This document shows, in pieces, positions 17,094 through 24,478 of a stretch of 64,000 nt of DNA; position 1 is the first letter of the stretch, and every line of letters starts with the position of its first letter. The stretch spans positions 609 to 64,608 of the forward strand of contig CAZION010000011.1 of the NCBI GenBank assembly GCA_964540865.1, given 5' to 3'. This DNA comes from an uncultured Victivallis sp. (GTDB lineage Bacteria; Verrucomicrobiota; Lentisphaeria; Victivallales; GWF2-50-93). The notes under the pieces were generated by a model, which saw only the letters and a program-made list of their open reading frames with translations, ran no database searches and was not told the origin of the DNA. A program made the position numbers and the translations under genes.

Positions 17094-18629
17094 TCACCTA
17101 TCCTTTCCTAACATTCCTTCAAGCTCGCTCAGTTCCGAACTGATTTCACTCTCCATGGACTTTAGTTTTGCAAGCATCTTCGCGGGTTTTTCGTAGACCA
17201 CTTCTTCAAATACATCCTCTTTGTACTTGCTCATGCTTAAATCATAGTTTTCCGCCACGATCTGAGATTTGGGGACAAAGAAGAATTTCTCTTTGCGGTC
17301 AGTTTCTTTGAGCTGATCCCGCTTTTTGTATTGCGTTACAATATCCTGCAGGTCGCCGTAACCTTCCTGTTTTGTCCGCTTGTCGTCAAGACTGTATCCG
17401 TCGCTCTGCATGTCGTAAAACCAGACATTCTCGGTTTCGCCGCCCTTTGTAAAGATCAGGATGGCGGTACTTACTCCGGCGTAGGGTTTAAACACTCCGC
17501 TGGGCATGGCGATAACGGCTTTAAGTTCGCATTTGTCAACCAATATTTTCCGGGCTTCGACAAACGCCTTGCCACTGCCGAACAAAACGCCTTGTGGCAC
17601 AATCACGCCCGCAGTTCCACCCATTTTGAGCAGATTGTAAATATTCTCTACAAAGAGCAGCTCGGTTTTGGTGGTTCCCAATTTGAGAGATTCATTGATG
17701 TCACCTTTGTCAATACTTCCGGTAAACGGCGGATTGGCCATGATAATCTGATATTTGTTATACTCGGTAAATCCTTTGCTCAGAGTGTCTTTGTAATCAA
17801 TGTGCGGAGTGTCAACACCGTGCATCATCAGGTTCATCAGACCCAGGCGCACCATGGTCACATCAATGTCATAACCGTAAAGGCTGTCATTCAAAATATC
17901 GCTCACCTTTTTCGTAAGCAGACTGCTCACGGAATTGCGGATGAAACCGTCCTCATCGGGCTTGAGATTCTTCTTGTTCTTATCAAGCTGTGTCACCATA
18001 TACTGATAGGCGCCGAGAAGGAAACCGCCGGTTCCGCAGGCTGGGTCGGCGATCTGGTTGCCGAGTTTCGGATCCACAAGTTCGGCAATAAGCTTGATGA
18101 TATGGCGCGGTGTCCTGAACTGACCGTTCTTGCCGGCCTGGGCGATTTCGGAGAGGAGCATTTCATATACGTCTCCCTGAATATCCTGGAACGCCTGTCC
18201 ACCCGAGTGGGCATCCTTTTCAATCTCCGCAAATATTCCTTCGATGGTGGACATCGCCTCAACCAGCAGGGCGGGCTTGGGGATTATGAAGACGGCATTC
18301 TTCATGTGATGTGTGAAGGGTGACTCATCGCCATTGAGCGCTTTCAGGAACGGAAATACTTTCATCTGCACGTGGGTGAGCATTTCTTCGGCCGACATAC
18401 GTTTGAAATGGCTCCAGCGAAGCGTCTGCTTGTCCACTTTCTGTTCGGTGCCGGGAATTGTGAATTTGCCATCGAATTTAGAGGTGTATTTCACTCCTGT
18501 GAATTCAGCGTCGGATATGCGTTTCAGGTCGAGATCGTCCAGGCGTTTCATAAAGAGCAGATAGGTAATCTGTTCAATGGCTGTGATTGGATTGGAAATG
18601 CCGCCGCTCCAGAACTGTGCAAGAATCAA
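17094..18629 (-). CDS. hsdM: Type I restriction-modification N6-adenine DNA methyltransferase subunit
   Basis: FWSGGISNPITAIEQITYLLFMKRLDD N-terminal signature, the AdoMet motif DPACGTGGFL and the catalytic motif IIMANPPFTG. The only available start is TTG at 18629 (see findings). Confidence 0.85.
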   Translation of the reverse strand: MILAQFWSGGISNPITAIEQITYLLFMKRLDDLDLKRISDAEFTGVKYTSKFDGKFTIPGTEQKVDKQTLRWSHFKRMSAEEMLTHVQMKVFPFLKALNGDESPFTHHMKNAVFIIPKPALLVEAMSTIEGIFAEIEKDAHSGGQAFQDIQGDVYEMLLSEIAQAGKNGQFRTPRHIIKLIAELVDPKLGNQIADPACGTGGFLLGAYQYMVTQLDKNKKNLKPDEDGFIRNSVSSLLTKKVSDILNDSLYGYDIDVTMVRLGLMNLMMHGVDTPHIDYKDTLSKGFTEYNKYQIIMANPPFTGSIDKGDINESLKLGTTKTELLFVENIYNLLKMGGTAGVIVPQGVLFGSGKAFVEARKILVDKCELKAVIAMPSGVFKPYAGVSTAILIFTKGGETENVWFYDMQSDGYSLDDKRTKQEGYGDLQDIVTQYKKRDQLKETDRKEKFFFVPKSQIVAENYDLSMSKYKEDVFEEVVYEKPAKMLAKLKSMESEISSELSELEGMLGKDR

Positions 18630-18700
18630 GGAGTCGCGGCTGGTTTTAACTTGATAGTTTGAACTGGCGGGTTGTTTGTAATCGAAGAAATTGCAAAAGT

Positions 18701-18929
18701 GAATGCCGCTAAGTTCCTAATCGTCTTATAATAATTTAGACCCCAGCGACCTTGCGTCGTTGGTGAAAGAGATTGGGTGAGGCTAGCTCGTGTTCTCCCT
18801 AGCCTTTCAATCTCTTTCACCAACGGGATAAACCCGTTGGGGTATCTATTCTATTTCGAGACGATTAGTAGGGCTTGTTTGAGAGTAGCGCGGGTCTATC
18901 TGACCCGCGTCCCTCGGGGAATCCGCCTA
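18701..18929. repeat. REP-type composite (GAATGCCGCTAAGTT .. AGTAGCGCGGGTCTATCTGACCCGCG .. CCTCGGG .. ATCCGCCTA), also present at 53007-53086
   Basis: Exact 15-mer (18701-18715 = 53007-53021) and exact 26-mer (18884-18909 = 53035-53060) are shared. GCGGGTC tatct GACCCGC forms a hairpin preceded by GTAG. Confidence 0.8.
18717..18868. repeat. 152-nt insertion nested in the REP composite, bounded by a 10-bp inverted repeat (MITE-like or structured RNA)
   Basis: CTAATCGTCT at 18717-18726 pairs with AGACGATTAG at 18859-18868. The interior has a perfect 15-bp stem (18761-18775 / 18808-18822) and further hairpins. The segment is absent from the otherwise matching copy at 53007-53060. Confidence 0.65.
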
Positions 18930-19006
18930 TGTGTTTTGCAATTGGCTCAATTGATTGGGCGGCATGTAGGCGCTTGTGCAAAGGAAAAATGAAAGTTCAG
19001 GCGACC

Positions 19007-22000
19007 CTATCTGTTCATGCCGCAGTCCTTGCCGTCTTCGATTTTCCTTGTGCCCGGTACGCCTTTTACGAGGCGCCAGTTGCCCTTCTTCTCATCGACA
19101 AACTGCGGGGGCGCATGGATGTTGTTTTTGACTTTGAAGTATTTTGGGAGCTTGATTTTCTTGTCGCTCTCCACTTTTCCCTTCTCATCGATCTTATTGT
19201 TGACAATTACGGCGCAGAGGCCTTCCTCTCCGTACCAGAGCGTGTTGCTGATCTTCCTGTCTTTTGAATTATCCGGATTTGCGAATACTACGCCATAGCC
19301 TTCTGCGTATATGATTGAGTTGTCGACTTCAATGTCCGAGTTGCCTTTTATCCATAGCGCGGCTGCCTTTTCCGGTGCATTTGGTGCTGCCAGGATGGTG
19401 CAGTGGTTCAGGGAGACAGGACTGGAATTTTCAATAAGGAGTCCCTTGAAAAGGCAGTTCTGGAAGGAGACCGTGGAGCATGCCATTATTTTGGTCAGGT
19501 CTGATTTGAAGACGCAATTCTTGAAAGTTATGTTCTTTGCGTTGTCGGTGCAGGCAATCCATGCGCCTTCAAGGGTTATGCCGGAAATCAGTATGTCTTT
19601 ACCGGTGATCACGATGTTGTTCTTGATTATGACTCCGTCCTCTCCCAGCAGTTTTGTGCCATTCTGGTTGAAGAGCAGCTCCCTGAGTTTTTCGGAGCGG
19701 TATTCTCCGGGCTTCAGTGTGATTGAAATCCCGTCAGTCTTTTCGGAGAGGCACTTCATAATCTGATTAGCCCCATCCTGGGCGGTGTCGGCCTGTATGG
19801 TGAAAATCTTTCCGGACTTGTCTGCATCCTCGATGCCGGACCTTTTACAGAATTTCCTGATAGCCTCGATGATGTTATCATGTTTTTTTGCGAAGGCCGT
19901 ATCCTTGTATTTGTCATTGTATTGAGCCATGGTTGAAATGAGGGTTGCCGCCGCATTTGCAGTTGGATTTTTCTTCTGTGTTAGTTCGAAAAGGAACAGT
20001 TCCGGCTTTTCCGGGTTGAAGGGCATTTCATATTTCGCCAGTATCGTGGTCAATGCTGATTCCGCTTCACGTTCGGTCGTTGCGCGGGTGAAGCCCGCGC
20101 CGAGATTGCATTTCACTTCCTTGAAGAAGTCCTTCGCCTTGTCATATGATTTTTCCTGGATGCAGAGCATGCCTTTGAGAATTGAGCTGTCCCCTTTGAT
20201 GAGGGAGTCGCAGACCTTGATTTTTTCATCGAGTGGAGAGACGACCTGCGAGACTTTCTTGAAGGACGAAATATTTTCCATAAGATTTTTTGCGAAACTC
20301 GCTGATTCTGCTGGAAGCTCGGTTTTACTGAGGAACTCCTTCAGTTTTTCGATTGTAAGTTCATTTTTATCGGCAATGAAATTATCGGCGGCATCATTGA
20401 AAAGCGGAGATACGTTTTTGATGAACTTGGCTTTCCTGTCTTCAATGGAGCCCAGGAGCTCTTTGCGCTGTTTCAATGTATCCTCATCTGTCTTACCTTT
20501 GAAATCTCCGGCAAGAAGTTCAGCCTGTTCAAAATTCCCCTGGCTCATATATGAATCAATGTCAGATTTCAAGGATGATACCTTCATTTCTGAAGCTGAA
20601 ATCTTGAGGGATGCGATCAGGGCTTTCCGCTCATTCGCACTTTGGTCTGCAAATTCCCCTGAATAATTCTCTATTAGTTCAAACGCCTTGGTCTGGTCAC
20701 CTTCCTTGATAAGGGGGGTGGCCTCCTTCCTGAGCTTTTCGATTACAGATATAACACCCTGTTTTTTTAGCGATAAGATCAGGGCTCTACGTTCATTGAA
20801 GCTTTCATCTGCAAGTTTCCCGGAATATTTTTCTATCATCTCAAACGCTTTGGCGTAATTGCCTTCATTGATAATAGGGGCAGTTTCCGTCTTAAGCTTC
20901 TCGATCACGGCTTCGATTTTCTGTTTTTCAACCAATTCAATCGACTGTTCCTTGTCGTATATGTTTTGTAACAGCCTTGTCTTGTTCATCTTTATTGCTT
21001 CGCTCTTCAGGGAATTCAGGCGCTTATATGCTTCCGCCATGTTTGCGGCGGGATTGGCGTCATAGAAATCACAGATTTCCTTGAAAGTTTTTTCAGGATT
21101 CGCATACGTAATACCGACATTTTTTGCCGCTGTCTCTGGGGTTTCATTTTTACCTCCAGCATTTGGTCCTATTCCCTTCGGAATGACTGGCAGGCCATTG
21201 ACCGGCTTCTGGCGTGGCGTGTCCTGGTCTTTTCCAATGTTGACGATGACAACTATTGAAATCATGATGATAGTTGCAACTATTGCGCCTATTATGCCAA
21301 GCAAAACCTTTTGGGATAATTTGCCGTGAGCATAAGGCTTTGAATTTCCGGGATTCCATTGGCGGTTGATGCCTGCCACCAGCTCCGGACTGAATCTTGC
21401 AATCGTGTCCGTGAGTTTTTTCTTTTTGAGCGTGAGTTTCTTCATCTTGCTGGTCTTGATTATATCATCAGGGAATTCACCGGCTGGTTGGCCGAAGGCT
21501 TCGAAGCGACCTGTTCGCATGGCGGAAATATTGAGATTTTCCGGCATCGATGCAAGCTGGTGGACTGCAATCAGTTCTGGGAATGATGCATTTATGCATG
21601 AAATAACCTCGTTCCACGACTGGAACCTGGCATTGATGTCTTTATCCATCATTTTCTTAAGCAGGGTTACGCAGGTCGCTGGGACTTCGTAGTTTAATTT
21701 GCGTGGATCCGGGATTTCTGCGTTTGGAACTTCTTGTGGTGTCAGGTCGCTGTAAGGGTGGCTGCCCGTCAGTAGGAAATACAATATGGCGCCTGCGGAA
21801 TAGATATCGCATCTTGGGTCGGCGGCCTGTCCGTGTAGGACGAATTCAGGGCTCATGTACCTATAGTCCCAGATGTTGAAACCCTTGTTCAGGAGATGTG
21901 AATTGCTGATCAGGGTCTGGGAAAGTCCGAATTCGAGTATGGATACGTTGCCATTATCATCAAGGCGGACATTTAAGGGTTTAAGGTTCTGGTGAATGAG

Positions 22001-22510
22001 TTTTTCCTTTTCCCAAGCTCTGTTGAGGCAGCAGGCGATATTCCTCACTATCTGTATGGAATTTCTGACTGGCATCACCTTTGAGGCAAACCCGGAAAGT
22101 GTTTTTGCATTGTGATTGCACTCATAGATGAAAAATATCTTGCCCGGTGTCATAGACCTGTCAAGCAGGGCAGGGAAGCCCTCGATATTGGATGAGCCGT
22201 TCCTCAGGATGACATTGAAGAAAATCTCTGGATTTGCGTCATTCTTGAGATAGAATGAACTTGGAAGCCTCATGAGCACCGCCTGTCCCGGCAGTTCTGT
22301 TTCGCCGACTGCCTTGTATGAGGTCCAAAGATGGGTTGAAGCGTATACGTCTATGATTTTGTAACCGCTGAATATTGAATTCACAGGCAGGGACGGATCA
22401 GGTACGATCTGGGCGGAATCGCAAATCGGGCATGATACCAGTTCGCCTATATATTGATATTCGGCTTGGATGTCGTTCTTGCATGCGGAGCATTTAAAAT
22501 TGTAAAACAC
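19007..22510 (-). CDS. Zinc-ribbon / degenerate Ser-Thr protein kinase-like domain / TM / coiled-coil repeats / right-handed beta-helix protein (1167 aa)
   Basis: GTG start with GGAAGGA 9 nt upstream. CSAC..CPIC zinc ribbon. Kinase subdomains LIHQNLKPLNVRL, ILEFGLS, YMSPE and DIYSAGAILYFLLTG. TM helix VLLGIIGAIVATIIMISIVVIV. A duplicated module of about 53 aa (VIEKLKTETAPIINEGNYAKAFEMIEKYSGKLADES.. / VIEKLRKEATPLIKEGDQTKAFELIENYSGEFADQS..). C-terminal NCVFKSD..FQNCLFKG..LNHCTIL parallel beta-helix repeats. Confidence 0.8.
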   Translation of the reverse strand: MFYNFKCSACKNDIQAEYQYIGELVSCPICDSAQIVPDPSLPVNSIFSGYKIIDVYASTHLWTSYKAVGETELPGQAVLMRLPSSFYLKNDANPEIFFNVILRNGSSNIEGFPALLDRSMTPGKIFFIYECNHNAKTLSGFASKVMPVRNSIQIVRNIACCLNRAWEKEKLIHQNLKPLNVRLDDNGNVSILEFGLSQTLISNSHLLNKGFNIWDYRYMSPEFVLHGQAADPRCDIYSAGAILYFLLTGSHPYSDLTPQEVPNAEIPDPRKLNYEVPATCVTLLKKMMDKDINARFQSWNEVISCINASFPELIAVHQLASMPENLNISAMRTGRFEAFGQPAGEFPDDIIKTSKMKKLTLKKKKLTDTIARFSPELVAGINRQWNPGNSKPYAHGKLSQKVLLGIIGAIVATIIMISIVVIVNIGKDQDTPRQKPVNGLPVIPKGIGPNAGGKNETPETAAKNVGITYANPEKTFKEICDFYDANPAANMAEAYKRLNSLKSEAIKMNKTRLLQNIYDKEQSIELVEKQKIEAVIEKLKTETAPIINEGNYAKAFEMIEKYSGKLADESFNERRALILSLKKQGVISVIEKLRKEATPLIKEGDQTKAFELIENYSGEFADQSANERKALIASLKISASEMKVSSLKSDIDSYMSQGNFEQAELLAGDFKGKTDEDTLKQRKELLGSIEDRKAKFIKNVSPLFNDAADNFIADKNELTIEKLKEFLSKTELPAESASFAKNLMENISSFKKVSQVVSPLDEKIKVCDSLIKGDSSILKGMLCIQEKSYDKAKDFFKEVKCNLGAGFTRATTEREAESALTTILAKYEMPFNPEKPELFLFELTQKKNPTANAAATLISTMAQYNDKYKDTAFAKKHDNIIEAIRKFCKRSGIEDADKSGKIFTIQADTAQDGANQIMKCLSEKTDGISITLKPGEYRSEKLRELLFNQNGTKLLGEDGVIIKNNIVITGKDILISGITLEGAWIACTDNAKNITFKNCVFKSDLTKIMACSTVSFQNCLFKGLLIENSSPVSLNHCTILAAPNAPEKAAALWIKGNSDIEVDNSIIYAEGYGVVFANPDNSKDRKISNTLWYGEEGLCAVIVNNKIDEKGKVESDKKIKLPKYFKVKNNIHAPPQFVDEKKGNWRLVKGVPGTRKIEDGKDCGMNR

Positions 22511-22565
22511 AGTTATGATCCTTCCTTAAATTAAACTATTAATATAGCTTCATTTAAGGATTTCT

Positions 22566-23498
22566 TCAATTAATTGCTGGAGGAGAGTCATCGTAGCCGG
22601 TGCCGGAGAACATATTGTTTGTGCCGTTGACATCCACTGCGCCGTCGCCCTTGACGCTGTATCCAAGTTCTTGTAGGCTGAGGGCATCGGCATGACCGTC
22701 CAGAAATGCGATGTTGGCAAACTTTGAATGCACCGCATAGGGAGCGGAGCGGCTGGCTGGGACTCGTGAACTGTCGTTGCAGTAGTCGCTGCTTCCGGCG
22801 ACAAGCCGTGGCGGATCAAGGGCCCAGGCATGATTGCCGATTTTACTATCTCCATTTGCAGTTCCAGCCTGGAGCACGGCGTCATATGGCTGTCTTGCAG
22901 AAGAGGCTTTTCCTCCAGCGGTCCCCATGCAGTCGGCAAACATCACAGTACTAGAGAGATTTTTGACGGACGCGAGATTCCTGGGCCAGCTTATATATTT
23001 GCCGGTAGAGCTGTTCAACCTGGAATTGCCGAGGAACTGGTAGTTATAGCCGTAGGAATAGTTCCTTCCATTGTCACGCAGCAGCATTGTGGCCGGATCT
23101 TCCTGCGGACATATGAATGCCTTGTTGTCAACCCTTTGCGTATTGTCCCCTGCTGCAAGCGGATCAGGACTGCTGAAGGCATAGGATTTTGTTGAGATTC
23201 CTATCTGGGCGTACCATCTTGGGCGGAATTTCATCCCATTGCCAACGTCGAAGATTCCGCTAGGCATCCTGCCGGCTACCATGCAGCCTGCATAATCATC
23301 GGCGTACATTGTGAATCCGGTGGCGATTTGTTTCATGTTCGATATGCAGAGGGTGCTTTTGGACTTCTTCTTAGCCATGAAAACTGCAGGAAGAAGAATG
23401 CCTGTTAAAATGAGTATTATGCCGATCACTACCAGCAGTTCAACTATGGTGAAGTTATTGCCGATTGTCGATTGCTGATTGCCGATTTTAATTTTCAT
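22566..23498 (-). CDS. Prepilin-type N-terminal cleavage/methylation domain protein with DUF1559 domain
   Basis: NFTIVELLVVIGIILILTGILLPAV N-terminus and the C-terminal FLDGHADAL (H-X9-DG-type) motif. Confidence 0.8.
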   Translation of the reverse strand: MKIKIGNQQSTIGNNFTIVELLVVIGIILILTGILLPAVFMAKKKSKSTLCISNMKQIATGFTMYADDYAGCMVAGRMPSGIFDVGNGMKFRPRWYAQIGISTKSYAFSSPDPLAAGDNTQRVDNKAFICPQEDPATMLLRDNGRNYSYGYNYQFLGNSRLNSSTGKYISWPRNLASVKNLSSTVMFADCMGTAGGKASSARQPYDAVLQAGTANGDSKIGNHAWALDPPRLVAGSSDYCNDSSRVPASRSAPYAVHSKFANIAFLDGHADALSLQELGYSVKGDGAVDVNGTNNMFSGTGYDDSPPAIN

Positions 23499-23555
23499 TT
23501 AAACTTTTCTCCATTTAGAGGTTCCCTTTATTATTGATTTCGGGCAAATCCGAAA

Positions 23556-24167
23556 TCAATCCTCAATATCTATGGAACTTATCTTATAGTCTCCTGAAAT
23601 CTGGTTCAGTCTGAATGTGATATTCCTGTCCTTGTCCGTCAACGCACTTGCGTAGTAGCAATTTTCATTCTTCACATACACTATTGACTTGAGATTCAGG
23701 CTGTCCGTTTCCATTATGAAGCTGTTTATCTTGTCCTGATTGCCAGTATTGAAAAGCTTCGCCAGTGAAGGGGACTGCTTGCGGGATTTTACTTCCCGCA
23801 TCAGACTCTGCACTGTTCCTGCGATGATTCTGTTCTTATTCTCATCTGTAGAGGCAGTTACCTGATATTTAGCTCTTTGCAGTGGCGAGCTTATCATCCC
23901 CTTGCTATGGAGATAGCAAGCGCCTGAAACAATAATGGCGATGACTAGCGACAATCCTAGATAATCAAAACGTATTTTTGAAAAAAAGTTTTCAATATGG
24001 ACGCGAGAGGAAGACTCTTGTTTCTTCTGGAGCTTCCTCTTGTTTTTCGTGGCTTGAGCGTACAGTCTAAATTGCTCTTTTAATTTTAGCTCTGACTGAA
24101 GTTTCTGAAATTCTTTCTTTTTGACATCCATATTTCTTGTAATTCCACGTATTTCCTTCAAGGACAT
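23556..24167 (-). CDS. Hypothetical single-pass membrane protein with N-terminal coiled coil
   Basis: ATG ORF of 203 aa. Lys/Gln-rich helix KKKEFQKLQSELKLKEQF, then TM helix LGLSLVIAIIVSGACYL. It is the first gene of the 24167-19007 minus-strand unit. No family recognised. Confidence 0.55.
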   Translation of the reverse strand: MSLKEIRGITRNMDVKKKEFQKLQSELKLKEQFRLYAQATKNKRKLQKKQESSSRVHIENFFSKIRFDYLGLSLVIAIIVSGACYLHSKGMISSPLQRAKYQVTASTDENKNRIIAGTVQSLMREVKSRKQSPSLAKLFNTGNQDKINSFIMETDSLNLKSIVYVKNENCYYASALTDKDRNITFRLNQISGDYKISSIDIED

Positions 24168-24215
24168 ATGAATACTCCCTAACTCATCTAAATCAACGTC
24201 TTGTAATTATTGCTT

Positions 24216-24243
24216 AATTTAGCGGATTTATTAAATTTGTCAA
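24216..24243 (-). promoter_or_regulatory. Candidate sigma-70 promoter for the 24167-19007 operon
   Basis: On the minus strand: TTGACA (24243-24238), a 16-nt spacer, then TAAATT (24221-24216), 48 nt upstream of ATG 24167. Confidence 0.35.
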
Positions 24244-24375
24244 ATAATAGAACCAAAGCTCTAAAAGTATGTATGCATGGACAGAAAATATATATTATAG
24301 TCTATAATAACACATGGCGGAATCGGAGGTTTGAATAGATTGGAGAATAAATATTGATTATTTGTGGGCTATAAA

Positions 24376-24404
24376 TTGACAGAGGCATTAAATAGATGTA
24401 TAAT
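24376..24404 (+). promoter_or_regulatory. Consensus sigma-70-type promoter upstream of the beta-propeller gene
   Basis: TTGACA (24376-24381), a 17-nt spacer, then TATAAT (24399-24404), 74 nt upstream of ATG 24479, which has an AAGGAG Shine-Dalgarno sequence. Confidence 0.6.
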
Positions 24405-24478
24405 TAGTGTTATTGTTGATAATCACGCATGTGTCTTTTCATATTGAGAAATGAAAAAGCGCCAGAAAGGAGATTTCG

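Noticed and set aside
18740-18843. Cloverleaf-like fold considered as a tRNA or tmRNA-like gene
   Set aside because: The arm lengths are wrong for a tRNA: a 6-bp closing stem, a 15-bp central arm and about 104 nt in total. There is no GTTCRANNC T-loop, no 7-nt anticodon loop and no CCA context. It is kept only as an unclassified structured element.
13290-19006. Calling the TA/RM region a bona fide integrated mobile element
   Set aside because: No integrase, transposase, tRNA target or flanking direct repeats are visible. Only the compositional impression and the repeat elements support this, so it is described as an accessory islet rather than annotated as a mobile element.
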